DNA from: an uncultured Nitrososphaerales archaeon
GTDB lineage: Archaea; Thermoproteota; Nitrososphaeria; Nitrososphaerales; Nitrososphaeraceae
Assembly: GCA_963713605.1 (NCBI GenBank)
Contig: CAVQMO010000001.1
Span: forward strand, 640,001 to 704,000
DNA length: 64,000 nucleotides
Reading direction: 5' to 3'
Of the stretch, positions 1-11,443 are shown in pieces. How positions within the stretch are numbered: the first letter of the stretch is position 1; the number at the start of each line of letters is the position of its first letter. The translations under genes and the position numbers were made by a program. Below the pieces are notes generated by a model, which did no database searches, was not told the origin of the DNA, and saw nothing but the letters and a program-made list of their open reading frames with translations.

Positions 1-132
1 GATTATACTCAGAGATTGACAGATATGATAGATAAGGTAAAGGAGATGGAAAAAAACAATGTATCCCCAACTGAGCCTGTCCAAACTTCGGCCTCAATTT
101 CGAATAACGTAAATACCGACTCGTTGGAATGA
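1..132 (+). CDS. 3' end of an unidentified CDS upstream of ureE (partial)
   Basis: Open frame from base 1: DYTQRLTDMIDKVKEMEKNN...TDSLE*, stop at 130-132, 29 nt before ureE. Confidence 0.55.
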   Translation, partial: DYTQRLTDMIDKVKEMEKNNVSPTEPVQTSASISNNVNTDSLE

Positions 133-161
133 AACAGAGGTACAGGGAAAGGTAGAGCAAA

Positions 162-695
162 TTGACAATGCTAACTATCGATCGTATTATTGGTAATATA
201 TACAACGATGATCATTTAATGGCTACTTTTAAGGGGTTTGTTTCAAAACAGCAAGATGAAACTTTTCTGATTAGTAGAACAGAATCTCAGAGACAACGAA
301 TGAGAAAAGTCTCAAATAAAGGAACAGACATCGCTTTGAACTTTCATTCTGGCAGCCAGCATCTGAGACATGGCGATGTACTTCTCTTAAATGATAACCA
401 AATTGTAGTTGTTGAAATAGAACCAGAAAATGTACTACAAGTAGAGATCCTTAAAGATACATTTATAGGCAATACTGAAAGTCTAATTCAAATTCCTGTT
501 CAAATTGGCCATACAATTGGAAATCTTCATAGACCAATCCGACTTGATGGGTCTAGAATATATTTCCCAATTCAGTCCCAATCTGAAATTGAGATGTTTA
601 GAAAATTGTTTCATCCCTTGCATCACCATATAGAGATCCAAAGTAAAAAGATTGTTTTTGAACCCAACGAGACCATGAATGTGCATGAGCATTAG
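162..695 (+). CDS. ureE: Urease accessory protein UreE
   Basis: RMRKVSNKGTDIAL..LRHGDVL N-domain, GHTIGNLH Ni-binding motif, C-terminal HEH; first of the ureEFGD cluster. Confidence 0.92.
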   Translation: MTMLTIDRIIGNIYNDDHLMATFKGFVSKQQDETFLISRTESQRQRMRKVSNKGTDIALNFHSGSQHLRHGDVLLLNDNQIVVVEIEPENVLQVEILKDTFIGNTESLIQIPVQIGHTIGNLHRPIRLDGSRIYFPIQSQSEIEMFRKLFHPLHHHIEIQSKKIVFEPNETMNVHEH

Positions 696-721
696 AAGAT
701 TAAGGAAATAGTGATTGATTT

Positions 722-1479
722 TTGAGCCATAAAAATAGGATCGAAAACACAGACCCCGAATTGAAGAATTATGATTTTGAACTGAGACCAGAGGATATAG
801 GGCTATTACAATTGTCAGATTCATTCTTTCCTACAGGGATGTACACAATGTCAAATGGACTAGAAGCTCTATTTTACGGTAACAGAAAGTCGATGAGCTA
901 ATCCGATGGACCTGCTCAGTCTCTTGAAGGTGTATATAGAGAATCAAATTGGGCCCGCTGATTGCACCGCATTGGGAGCTGCCTATGAACAGATTGTCAA
1001 AAACAATCTCCCTAAACTAATTGAGGTAGATAATATCATTTTTTCAATGAAGCTAATAGAAGAGATTAGAAATGCGTCATCTAGGTCAGGAACCCAATTG
1101 CTACGATGTGTAGGATCATTTGTCACTGAACATCCTATGATGAATGGCTACCTGAAAGCCGTTTCTTCAAAGAAAGCCACAGGTGTATTTCCGGTCGCCT
1201 TAGCAGTGTCAGCTCATAGCCTTGGGATCCCCAGAAATAAGGCTGCGCTAATCATGCTGTATGGATTCACAGTGAGTATGGTCGGAGCAGCCCTAAGACT
1301 GGGGGTGTTGCAACATTTTGACGGTCAGATGATCATACATCAATTGAGAAACACACTTGTGAGTACAGATTAGATCCAATATAGACAGACCATTGATAGG
1401 CATATGGCAATTTGCACCAGGTATAGATCTGATACAAATTTCACATGAGAATATGCAGTCAAAAATGTTTATAACCTAA
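722..1479 (+). CDS. ureF: Urease accessory protein UreF, two apparent frameshifts (~899, ~1368)
   Basis: LLQLSDSFFPTGMYTMSNGLE in the frame upstream of ORF 906-1373; tail IWQFAPGIDLIQISHENMQSKMFIT* in another frame ending 1479; TTG start at 722 is inferred. Confidence 0.9.
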
Positions 1480-1497
1480 ATCCTTAGTACAATTTTT

Positions 1498-2163
1498 ATG
1501 AGTTCTGAAAGGATCCCTCGTGTGGGAGTAGGTGGGCCAGTAGGTTCGGGGAAAACGATGCTCATAGAGCAAGTTGTACCACTTTTGTCTGCCAAAGGTT
1601 ACAATATTGGTATAATATCAAATGATGTTGTATCTAAGGAAGATGCAGATAGGATGAGGAAAAATTTGGCGACTGAGAGAGGCTTAATGCCGGAAGATCT
1701 CGTTATCGGTTTGGCTACAGGCGGATGTCCACATACAGCTGTTAGGGAAGACCCATCTATGAACTTGTCAGTAGTTGAAGAGATGGAAACTAAGCACGGG
1801 GATTTGGACCTGATTATAATAGAGAGTGGGGGAGACAATATTACAACTACATTTAGTCCTGCTCTAGCAGACTACTTTATTTATATAATAGATGTAACAG
1901 GCGGAGATAAATATCCAAGAAAAAGAGGGCTTGGAATTGAGACATGCGACCTACTGGTAATTAATAAGATCGATATTGCCCCGATCGTCGGGGCAGATCT
2001 GAGTATAATGGAGAGAGACGCTAAGATCGTCAGAGGAGACAAACCTTATGTTTTTGTCAATTCAAAGAAAGGACAAGGAGTTGAAGAAGTGGCAAATCAG
2101 ATTACAAAATACGTCCTCTTTGATCAGCCACCAAGAGCTATTACTCCAAAGGCGAATCGGTAA
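1498..2163 (+). CDS. ureG: Urease accessory GTPase UreG
   Basis: GGPVGSGKT P-loop, TGGCPH, ESGGDN and NKID motifs. Confidence 0.97.
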   Translation: MSSERIPRVGVGGPVGSGKTMLIEQVVPLLSAKGYNIGIISNDVVSKEDADRMRKNLATERGLMPEDLVIGLATGGCPHTAVREDPSMNLSVVEEMETKHGDLDLIIIESGGDNITTTFSPALADYFIYIIDVTGGDKYPRKRGLGIETCDLLVINKIDIAPIVGADLSIMERDAKIVRGDKPYVFVNSKKGQGVEEVANQITKYVLFDQPPRAITPKANR

Positions 2164-2231
2164 ATGCTTGTGAGGTAACGGTCGATAATACAACAATATG
2201 TTTCTTACTTAATACTGGGTGATTTTGTTCC

Positions 2232-3258
2232 GTGGCAAGTAACAACAAGCTAAATAGCTCTGGCAAGACATCTGACAGTTCAAATGAAAAGCTTGAGACT
2301 GGAATCCAAAATTCTAGCTCAGAAGATACTAGTTTACTAGATTTTTATATTCCATCGGATACTCCACCTGAGGTTCTTGCATATGGTTCAGAGCTACAGC
2401 AGCTAGGAGTAGGAAGAGCAGGAAAGCTAGGTGCGTTAACCTTAAAATTAGAATATGACGATGATCGAAGAAAAACTATAGTCAGGGATATATACACTAA
2501 GGTTCCGTTATATGCACAACGCGCCCTTTATCTGGAGGAATCTCTACCTTCAATGGCTTACATGTACATTATGTCTCCATCCGGGGGGATACTGCAGGGC
2601 GATAGATATAGGATGGACATATCTTTGTCCAAGGGTGCTAAAGCACATATCACTACCCAAGGTGCGACTAGGGTTTATCGAATGGAGCGGAACTATGCCA
2701 CTCAGATCATTAACATTGATCTGGGACCAGACTCCTATTTTGAATTTATCCCAGATCAAATCATTCCATACAGAAATTCAAGATTTTATCAAACTCTCAA
2801 AATGCGAGTGCATGATAGTGCTACGATGATTTACTCAGAGATGATTGTGCCGGGAAGGGTGGCTAGTGGTGAGTCTTTTGAATACGATATATGCTACATG
2901 AAGGCAGTTGGTTCGAACCAAGCTGATCAATTGAGATTTACCGACATTGCAATCCTAGAACCAAGGGAAAGGAACATTAGCCAATTGGGCCTGCTAAATA
3001 ATCGTTCCGTAATAGGGAGCGTATACCTGCTCTGCCCCACCTCCGTGGTAAAATCAATCAAAGAGGAAATAAATTCAACTTTGACAAACAATAGCGAAGT
3101 GTTGGCTGGCGCCTCGATCATGCCTTACAATTCGGGGATAATTGTGAGATTGTTAGGAGACGGAGCGAGTGCCTTAAGAGCGAGCGATTTTTGAAGTAGT
3201 TCGAATTACCAGGAAGACCATACTTAATGCGGAATTCAGCGGAATTAGAAAGGGATAA
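2232..3258 (+). CDS. ureD: Urease accessory protein UreD, apparent frameshift near 3183
   Basis: SPSGGILQGD, TTQGATRVY, PDQIIPY and PGRVASGESF motifs; natural C-terminus AIFEVVRITRKTILNAEFSGIRKG* lies in a shifted frame ending 3258. Confidence 0.92.
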
Positions 3259-3321
3259 TATGAAATCTACGATGCACCAAATTTGCAGGTCTTGTTACTC
3301 TCTCCATTTTCTGAACCAAAC

Positions 3322-3570
3322 CAAATTATCAGCTAAAGGAATGATGGGTGTTCAATGCTTGGCTCGTAGACGATAGTTGTGAAGGTTCAGGCTATCCACT
3401 TGTAATGGGAAAGGTTTAGGATACAGAAGATAGAAACCATAAGATACACACGAACACGAACATGGACAGATATTGTTGTGACCCAACAACCGTCTGATCC
3501 ACTCAGTTCGTTACCCTCATGGTCAAATTATGTTGCACAAACTTGGTTAGCATCGCCGTTTGGACAATAG
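3322..3570 (+). pseudogene. Degraded copy of the 3' part of the secreted-protein gene at 11444-11893
   Basis: Close nucleotide match (ttcaatgcttggctcg...ggctatccacttgtaatggga...cgtttggacaatag) to 11641-11893, with stops and deletions and no 5' half. Confidence 0.85.
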
Positions 3571-4455
3571 TTTAGACTGACGGTAGAAATCATCGAGTGC
3601 GCAGAATGAATTATTTAATTCATGTTACTTCTCTAGATTGCACATATTGGATTTTCATTGGTGTACGCGACTTCCTTTTCAGATAACTGAAAGGCTGGAG
3701 TAGAGCGACACTTTATTTAATCCTTTTTTGTTCGGCACGTTCTGACTCGGAACGAACATCTATTGCGATTTCCAAGTTATGAATAATTCAGCTCGATGAG
3801 CTTCTTGCGTTCACTGACATCAGAGTTTGTTTGCATTATCAGCAAAAAGAGCCTACTGTCGGTGCATTTTCATAGTTAGCTTTTAATCAAACAGAGTTTG
3901 CTACCGGATACCCTCGTACCTATCTGTACGAAAGAAAAAGTTTCAGTGACATTGTAGCCTTTCAGATTCGTGATAGACGTTAGTATTTCGCATTAACCTT
4001 TAAATCAGCTCTTGCAGGACAGGAACGTAAGTATTATCACACAGAAATCTCGTAACTTTATATTTTAGCTTTCGTAAGAAATAACAAACAATGTTATTTT
4101 GATATCGTATATGAGGATCTACCCCTGCTTTCGATAGTTACAATAGGCAACAATTGTGAAGTTCTATACCTCTTGCTGTTGCTAAAGCATGTAGTCAAAC
4201 AATTTTTGGAAATTTGGAAATTTGAGCAGATTATAAAACATCATTTGCTTAAAAATTATAATTTCTCCTATACCGAGAATAGACATTTCATTCTATCAAA
4301 TGTATCAGATGCCTTACCAGCTATGCAAAGGTTTTGGATGCTTCCTAAAAACCTACGCGCTGACATGACTTGTCATGATTTGAAATCGACGGTATGCATT
4401 GATAGTGGTGGGCCAAGTTCAGGAATCAGCGAGCCTGACATTTATTTATCTAGAA

Positions 4456-4833
4456 TCAAATGAATGCATGACCTATATATGATCCTTTAACATTCAAAAC
4501 AAAATCATGATCAGATAATGTCTTGAGAGCATCCAGTGATAATTTATGTTCAATTCTGTAAGATGTGCCATGATTATCTACATCCGGTACTTCCCCAATT
4601 TTGCTCCATACTAGATCTTTTACTGCTTGTGTATCCAATCCCTCTTTCGTAGTGACTCCAATAGAATACTTAGCGCCAGGGTCTTCCTGTTGGCGATTTA
4701 GAAAGTCTTCAATCAGCTTGAGATCTATTTTAGGAAGAATATTCTTGCAGCTTCTCTGAAATTCCTCATACTTTGTCTGTATATCCAGTGTTGGATCTTG
4801 CGTCTGGCTTACCATATACTGTTTTGGTATCAC
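4456..4833 (-). CDS. Hypothetical protein
   Basis: 125-aa ORF with globular protein-like composition; start uncertain. Confidence 0.65.
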   Translation of the reverse strand: MIPKQYMVSQTQDPTLDIQTKYEEFQRSCKNILPKIDLKLIEDFLNRQQEDPGAKYSIGVTTKEGLDTQAVKDLVWSKIGEVPDVDNHGTSYRIEHKLSLDALKTLSDHDFVLNVKGSYIGHAFI

Positions 4834-5083
4834 AACGACTATTTAAAAATGCTGTAAGGTGTAGTGTACTGTTAAAAATGCTGTACCATGACTAAGAATA
4901 AGAAAATAAGATCCTGTCCGAAAAAAATGCCGAAATCACTTACTGATTGTCTCCCACGGATTGCGATATGAAACATTGAATGTTGACTTCAAGCGAATGC
5001 AGGTCGAGGGTTAACTCTAAACGGATCACGGATATCACCGCTATCGTTAAATATTTAATAACTAGCCATTTTCTATACTAAGT

Positions 5084-5329
5084 ATGAAGATTATACAAAA
5101 CAATAGAGGCATGAGTACGAAAACAATTCAGGTTGTATTATTGACTTTTGTCATTGCCATTTCCTTTACACAAGCTGCAAATGTATATTCACAATCAGAT
5201 AATACTAGCTCATCAAGTGACATAAACATGTTTGATGAGCCTGCACAGATGCCCGCAAACGCAAGCAACGCTACCGCACCGGATAACATTACTGTCTTTG
5301 ACGAACCTGCCCCCACGCTAACGCCATAG
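5084..5329 (+). CDS. Small secreted protein with duplicated FDEPA motif
   Basis: Hydrophobic signal peptide (VVLLTFVIAISFTQA) followed by an acidic low-complexity region with NMFDEPA and TVFDEPA. Confidence 0.65.
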   Translation: MKIIQNNRGMSTKTIQVVLLTFVIAISFTQAANVYSQSDNTSSSSDINMFDEPAQMPANASNATAPDNITVFDEPAPTLTP

Positions 5330-5777
5330 TTAGATTCAGCTCTGCGAAACGACAGGATTGCCTTGATTCATGTGGCTGCATGATAGCGCTTAGATGGATT
5401 AGGCAAGATCATCTGTGCTTAGGAATCTATGTTTGTATCATTATTTTGATTACGATACTTAGTAGCGGTTACTAGTGGGTATTTGTACAATACTCGGCCC
5501 ATTTCTAGGACTGGAGTGTCTCGTGAACTATTGATATATCCGCTATTAGTGACACATCATTATCTTGGAAGCTGAAATTTCAACAATTGATTTGTGTAAA
5601 TACGAACTAGATATCAGAGAAACTAAGCGTTACCGAGAAACTAATTGTATCTCCTGCACTCTCCTTGTTATGGCATTCTACCCTCCACTTTAGCATTCAT
5701 ATGCAATAAATCTCCTGCTCAATTCTTGAACTTTTCACTCAGAAGACGGTCGGAAAAAGCATACAGGGCATTTCCCG

Positions 5778-5855
5778 GCAATGAGTAGCGGGGTTACATA
5801 TGTAAATGTGCTTACGCAGGAAAATCCTGATGGAGAGATTCGCGGACAGAACTAA
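5778..5855 (+). pseudogene. CHRD-domain C-terminal remnant
   Basis: Translates AMSSGVTYVNVLTQENPDGEIRGQN*, matching the CHRD YVNVHT..P.GEIRGQ signature; no upstream ORF. Confidence 0.7.
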
Positions 5856-5999
5856 CGTTCAAAGTATCAGGGGCCGATTGTGATGATATTCCATCAGTCA
5901 TTGATCTGGTGGTTTCCTTTAACCTGCTGCTGAACTATCAGACCACCGTAAACGTGATGGTCACGTTATGACCTTTATCTTGCCTGATAAAGTATGAAG

Positions 6000-6167
6000 C
6001 TATTTTTATGACTTCTGCAGTCTGAGCATCTACTTCTTTGTCTTTCATATCTTCCCCTGCTTGTCCGGACGATTCTGCTCGCTCCAGTTGGTGCTGTATC
6101 TCCTTCGTCTAATGTCTTGGCAGTGTCATTGATCATTTCTGTTCATTGAGATATTTAGATATTTTAC
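6000..6167 (-). pseudogene. Degraded paralog fragment of the gene at 9627-10112
   Basis: tctaatgtcttggcagtgtcattgatcatt...tagatattttac resembles 9766-9826; reading frame disrupted. Confidence 0.65.
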
Positions 6168-6168
6168 C

Positions 6169-6252
6169 TTGAGAGCCGCTATATTTGATGTTGTTCAAAT
6201 TGGTAGAAAGGCCATACTTAACGCTGAATTCAGCGGAATCAGAAAGGGGTGA
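6169..6252 (+). pseudogene. ureD: 3' remnant of a second ureD copy
   Basis: LRAAIFDVVQIGRKAILNAEFSGIRKG* versus the ureD tail AIFEVVRITRKTILNAEFSGIRKG*. Confidence 0.85.
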
Positions 6253-6344
6253 ATGAATCTTCTACTTTTTTCCTCTCGCGCTGTCGTTACAATATTATTT
6301 TATTATTATTGACTTTTCGTTCATTGGTGGTCTTTATAAGCGGG

Positions 6345-6871
6345 TTAACATCTGATACTTCCGATAGTACGTTTCTTCAAGCCTTTTGAGTTAATTCCAT
6401 CAGCGTCAGGATTGATACCTAATGGTGAAACGTACTCTCAGCGCCAGGATTGATACCTAATGGTGAAACGTACTCTCAGCGTAGAATCTTATCACGATCA
6501 ATGACGAACAATGCTCATTCAGTAACACCATCTTGTTTGCGATATACACCATAAGTGCATGCTAAGTTGCCTTTGGGCTCGAAATCGGAATGTAATGGAA
6601 AATGAAGTTTTCTATTTTTAGAAAAGGCAGTATAACACCAAACCCGGTGACTCATACTCCAAGACTCAGCGTTAAACTCGGAATTCAGGAAGAATCTCGG
6701 TACTACAGGGCAATCTGATCGCTGCAAGCATGCAACCAATCTGCAGGATAGAAAGCAAGGAGAGTGGGGCGACAGCGGAACTCGCGGAGAGTAATAGACT
6801 GTTCGGGGGTATTATGGAGGTCAAAATCAGGATGCAGGGTTACCGGCATTCATATCTTCCTGTGTTGTCAT
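6345..6871 (-). pseudogene. AhpC/TSA-family (AhpE-like) redoxin pseudogene
   Basis: Pieces across frames: APDFDLHNTPEQSITLREFR..LLAFYPADW..CSDQIAL, AFSKNRKLHFPL.SDFEPKG..YGVY, ALFVID, YVSPLGINPGA; multiple stops and indels. Confidence 0.8.
6400..6482. repeat. 38-bp tandem duplication inside the redoxin pseudogene
   Basis: tcagcg(t/c)caggattgatacctaatggtgaaacgtactc occurs twice plus a partial third start. Confidence 0.9.
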
Positions 6872-6888
6872 CGCACTAGGGCTCTTGT

Positions 6889-7755
6889 TTATATCATCTC
6901 CAGAGGCCCATCGTGGTCTGGCACGGGAAAGACGCGATCAATAGCCGCTACTTCCTCTTCGGTCAGTTCCCAGCCCACTCCGCCACTATTTTCTTTGGCA
7001 CGCTCTGGTCGGCTGGTCTTTGGAATAGTTAAGATGTTGGGTTTACGGGTCAGAAAGTTTAAGGTGACCTGACGTGGAGTGCGACCATGCCGCTTACCGA
7101 TCTCTACCAGTAACGCCCCGCCAGGGCTGTGTGGAGAAGGAAAATTACCGTGTCCGAATGGAGCATACCCGACAATTGCTATTTTCCGTTCAGTGCAATA
7201 TGGAAGCAAGCGACGTTCTATTCCACGATAACCAAGATGATAAAGCACCTGATCACACACCATTCTTTCATGGCGAAGTTCTCGCTCAGCAGCCTTTAAA
7301 TCTTCTACATCGAAATTGCTGACCCCGATGAACCTCACCATGCCCTCAGACACTGGCTTCTCCATTGCCCGCATCGTATCTCTTATAGGGTAACTACCTG
7401 GCCAGTGCAACATGTAGAGATCAAGCCAGTCTGTATTTAACCTCTTAAGGCTCCGTTCGCATGCCCTTAGTGTACCATCGTAGGAGGCGTTTGTAGGTAG
7501 AACCTTGCTAGCCAAGAAGACCTCATCGCGTCGTCCGTCGATAGCCTCAGCCACCATTTCCTCTACTCTTCCGTTGCCGTACATTTCTGCTGTATCGATA
7601 TGGGTAAGCCCCAAGTCAAGTCCTAGCCGCAGTCCTTCAATTGCAAGTCGCTCTGATTTGGTGCTCCCTTCAATCATCCATGTGCCTTGCCCAATCAAAG
7701 GTACTTTATCATTAGTCCAACCGAAACTACGCTTAAGCACATTCGTTCGCCTCAT
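6889..7755 (-). CDS. Aldo/keto reductase
   Basis: IGQGTW, HIDTAEMYG, FLASKV, DLYMLHWP, IGVSNF and IPKTS motifs. Confidence 0.95.
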   Translation of the reverse strand: MRRTNVLKRSFGWTNDKVPLIGQGTWMIEGSTKSERLAIEGLRLGLDLGLTHIDTAEMYGNGRVEEMVAEAIDGRRDEVFLASKVLPTNASYDGTLRACERSLKRLNTDWLDLYMLHWPGSYPIRDTMRAMEKPVSEGMVRFIGVSNFDVEDLKAAERELRHERMVCDQVLYHLGYRGIERRLLPYCTERKIAIVGYAPFGHGNFPSPHSPGGALLVEIGKRHGRTPRQVTLNFLTRKPNILTIPKTSRPERAKENSGGVGWELTEEEVAAIDRVFPVPDHDGPLEMI

Positions 7756-7900
7756 AGCCGTGACTTAGGTTCTTGAATTTTATATGATGTTCGTTATTTC
7801 CCTCCACCTTCATACGTCGAAGTCGCTCTGCGAGGTTAGAATAACTCATTACCGATACTGATCACAATTATTATTTAAGTAAATTGAGGATTAGCTCATT

Positions 7901-8194
7901 ATGAAATTTGCTAAACATATAGTTGTAGGCTCAATAAATTGAGATACGCTAATTTTCGCTCCCAAATTGCCAGAGGCGGGAGAGGAGGTTCAGATAAAAA
8001 AGATGTTAGAGGTACTTGAAGGAAAGGGTGCCAATGTTGCAATAGCTTCTTCCAGACTACTCGAAAAGAGGGATGTTGCCATTACCGGAGCATTGGGGAA
8101 GGATGATATTAGAGAAAAACAGGTTAGCATTCTTGAAAGTGAAGGTGTCGTCAAACTATATCTTTTATATTATCTTCATTTAGTAATGGATTAG
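7901..8194 (+). pseudogene. PfkB/ribokinase-family sugar kinase N-terminal remnant
   Basis: MKFAKHIVVGSIN*DT..PKLPEAGEEV...GKGANVAIASSRL...GALGKDD....LESEGV; in-frame TGA and truncation. Confidence 0.75.
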
Positions 8195-8534
8195 ATAGAT
8201 CAATAGAAGTAGCATTATCGTGCCATTAGTTTAGTATTAGACTAGGATAGCAAATTCAGGATCGAACGGTAATATAACATTGGATGGTATTCGTTCTTCT
8301 ATTAAGTGACTTTCTTAACACATAAATTCTAATAGTGTATAATACCAATTAAGAATTATATCCTAACAACTATATATAAGAAAATGATTATAACAACGGT
8401 CGGAATAAACAACTCTGCGGATCTTCAGTTTGATGCCAACACCTTTACAATATCGAATCTGGATGCTAATGAACTAATATCTCGTCTGAACACAAATTTG
8501 ATTACATATTTCGATCAAGAAGATTTCAGAATAT

Positions 8535-9419
8535 CTATAAGAATGACATAACACAAGAGTCTTCATAAGAAATGGAGATTAAACATTTAGAAAGTATAAG
8601 CGTCACACATAGCGAAGTTATAACCTTGTACCCATATTTTCTCATCATCGTTTTAACCTCTTCATCAGTCAGTTGGGAAAACTCCGCATAGAACTGCCCT
8701 ATAGACTGAAAAGACTGTGGAAAGTAAAGAACAATTACCTTATTGCAGATTCTCTCCAGGATTTCAACAACAGAATGGTTATTGTTTTCACTAGGAGAAT
8801 CAGATGAAGGTAAGTAGAAGGATCTAGGGGGAGGGTGAGGTGCAACGGGTACAGCTGTGATTATCTCCTTGCACTGTTGTTGTTTTTTTAGCCAATTTGC
8901 TGCCGATAATATCGTTGCTCCTGTTGCAATACCATCGTCTACCAATATTACTATCTTGTCTTTTAGCTTATAATCATATTCAGCGCTACCTCGATACTCT
9001 AGTAATCTACGGTATATTTCTTTTCTCTGAATCTCAATTTGTCGCCTTATATAATCCTCTCCTACTTCCAAGGTCATAATAATGCGTTCATTTGCATAAA
9101 AACTACCATCAGGCATAACCGCACCAATAGCTAATTCCGGATTGTCTGGGGCTCCTATTTTTCTCGAAACAATGATGTCAAGATCAGCGTGCAGCCTATC
9201 AGCTATGACATCACCAATTATCACGCCCCCTCTTGGAATTGCTAACACTACAATAGACTCATTGGATATTTGTTCACCTGTTCTTGCTTGTTCTTGTGCG
9301 AGCCATTGTTCAATTTCTGTAGCAAGTTGCTCACCCGCTTCTTTTCTGTTATGAAATAGAGGTGATGTCGGAAATGGATTAAAAGGTAGATGAGAAGACA
9401 TAGGATTTACTATTACCAT
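8535..9419 (-). CDS. Phosphoribosyltransferase family protein
   Basis: FHNRKEAGEQLA, VLAIPRGG, RKIGAPDNPELAIGA and VILVDDGIATGAT PRPP-binding motif. Confidence 0.9.
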   Translation of the reverse strand: MVIVNPMSSHLPFNPFPTSPLFHNRKEAGEQLATEIEQWLAQEQARTGEQISNESIVVLAIPRGGVIIGDVIADRLHADLDIIVSRKIGAPDNPELAIGAVMPDGSFYANERIIMTLEVGEDYIRRQIEIQRKEIYRRLLEYRGSAEYDYKLKDKIVILVDDGIATGATILSAANWLKKQQQCKEIITAVPVAPHPPPRSFYLPSSDSPSENNNHSVVEILERICNKVIVLYFPQSFQSIGQFYAEFSQLTDEEVKTMMRKYGYKVITSLCVTLILSKCLISISYEDSCVMSFL

Positions 9420-9626
9420 TTTAATAGTTGCTCAGACAAATATTTATTGATTATAAAATTTATTATCGTATGCACTAAGTCATCTTCGATTTGATATTAA
9501 TTTGCTTTGAAAGATTAATCGCAGCTACAAGTAAATTGAGCATTGCTTACAACTGAAAAGGGGACTACCCTAGAGGAATAACAAAAAAAGTTTTCCTGAT
9601 TAATATTTAGTTATACATATACCATT

Positions 9627-10112
9627 TTATCTATTGTCTTTTTTAGTTTTTACACGCTCTCTAGCTTTCTTTATTACTTCAGCCGTCTGAGGAGCTGCTT
9701 CTTTCAAATCTTCTACCGTTTGTCTAAATGATTCTGCTGCTTCATTTGCTGCTGCAACTGTTTCATCTAATGTCTTAGCAGTATCCTTGATCATTCCCCT
9801 TTCCTTGAGATCTCTAGATATTTTACTAATTTCTATTGTGGTATCTCTCATTGTAATAGTCGCTTCGTGAACAGCTGCAATCAACTCATCAATCGCTCCG
9901 CTCTCACGTAGAGCACGTACAGTATCTCTAATTTTTGCCGATATATCCCTTATCGTACTTGCAACGTTCTTTACTGAATCTATTTTTTGTTGGATATTCG
10001 GATCCACGGTTGACGCTGTTGTTGTAGTTGTGGTTGTTGTCGTATCATTGCTAATCTTATCAGGTGCTTCGCCCTCCTCTACAGGTTCTCTAGGGTAAGT
10101 CATTTCTATCAC
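9627..10112 (-). CDS. Hypothetical helical/coiled-coil protein with Thr run
   Basis: 161-aa ORF, amphipathic helical composition; degraded paralog at 6000-6167. Confidence 0.75.
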   Translation of the reverse strand: MIEMTYPREPVEEGEAPDKISNDTTTTTTTTTASTVDPNIQQKIDSVKNVASTIRDISAKIRDTVRALRESGAIDELIAAVHEATITMRDTTIEISKISRDLKERGMIKDTAKTLDETVAAANEAAESFRQTVEDLKEAAPQTAEVIKKARERVKTKKDNR

Positions 10113-10633
10113 TATTACGGCTATTACATTTATAAGGCATACGTTTACCTGTTGAATTTTGAAATATTCTTCATTTGAACCTAAGAAAGAACAAATGACA
10201 ACTAATAGCTCTCACGTTAAAGGCCAGCTCATTGAATGAGTGAGCGATAATAAAATGAGGCAAGAGAAAAATGGCTGCTAAGAAATTGCGTCGCATATTT
10301 CTACTTTATTCCTTGCTAAAGAAATCATAACATGAACACTTTTGCAGGTGTAAAGATTAGATCTAAAATTGGATACGGTGAAACAAGAGATTTGCAATGA
10401 AGTGGACAATTCTAATGCGTAGAACAGCAGGTACTATAGGTCAAATGGTACAACGATATTTGTTGTGCTTTATGATCGTCTGCCCGTCATTAAAATATTT
10501 CAACATGAACCTGCATGCAATTCAAAGAATCATTGTGACGGGTTTGTCTAATTGTCGCGGAATAGAATTTTTTATAATGGACCAAGTAACACATTTATAA
10601 TGCCCATACGAAGTCTCTTCAGTGAAATTATTC

Positions 10634-11051
10634 GTGAAAGGAAATGAAAAATTGACATTCGCAATAGCGATGGGTGTATTTTCTATTCTTGCGCTATCGA
10701 TCACACTTTCTCCGACCTTCAATTTGTTGGTGAAAGCTCAGGGTCAGAATGAATCAGGAATGTCTCAAGGAGTTCAGCAACAGACTTGTTGAACTTGCAA
10801 CAAAGGTTAAAGTTTTGGCCTCCAAAGCCGGTTTGAATCTGACTATCCCTCAAGGTGGTAATCTAACAGAAAAGATTCAAGCGCTCTCTGACTCGCCTGA
10901 ATTTAGCAACGTGTCGCAGCAAATATCTCAGCAATTATCACAACTTGGTATAAACGGATCAAATATCCAAAGCTTGAAGCAAGTGGCAGGCTCTGACTTT
11001 GGAGACCTTGTTCAGAAACTTCAAAACCTGACAAGTAGCCGCGGCGCCTAA
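10634..11051 (+). CDS. Secreted hypothetical protein, apparent frameshift near 10766
   Basis: Signal peptide MKGNEKLTFAIAMGVFSILALSITL.. from GTG 10634 joins ORF 10749-11051 after a one-base shift. Confidence 0.65.
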
Positions 11052-11060
11052 TAGACTGTA

Positions 11061-11090
11061 ATAGGCAGCGCGTTGCCTTGCCTATTTTTG
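11061..11090 (+). terminator. Hairpin plus T-tract after 11051
   Basis: ataggca...tgcctat inverted repeat running into tttt. Confidence 0.4.
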
Positions 11091-11443
11091 TTACCCTGAG
11101 GATTAATAGTCCTCGCCTGAATATCTTGTAGCGGTAATCATTTTTCTGGTGTTAGTTAACAAGGATACTCCTTTATGACTGTAAATCCATAGAACCGCAA
11201 ACATTCTCATTTGGTATTCTGCATCTTATACTCGTAGCTATTTTGAAAGCAAGATAGTTATACAAAATAATTATAATTCATTTCCACTCAGGTTGACTTT
11301 ACGCCGAGGATTTGCAGAAGTTTCTAAGCAGGCTCAGTGGTTCAATGGAATCGGAGAATAGACAGAATCTTAAAAATTTAAGAGTTAAAGATTTTAGTCA
11401 CTTGGCAAATACTATATATATAGCCTAAAAGTCTAAACAAAAT

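Noticed and set aside
1..132. C-terminus of ureC
   Set aside because: The peptide does not resemble the conserved UreC end (LPL.Q.YFLF); left unassigned.
6400..6482. Possible CRISPR or regulatory repeat; 15-bp match to 18328-18342
   Set aside because: It is a spacer-less tandem duplication inside a redoxin pseudogene, and the short match is probably coincidental.
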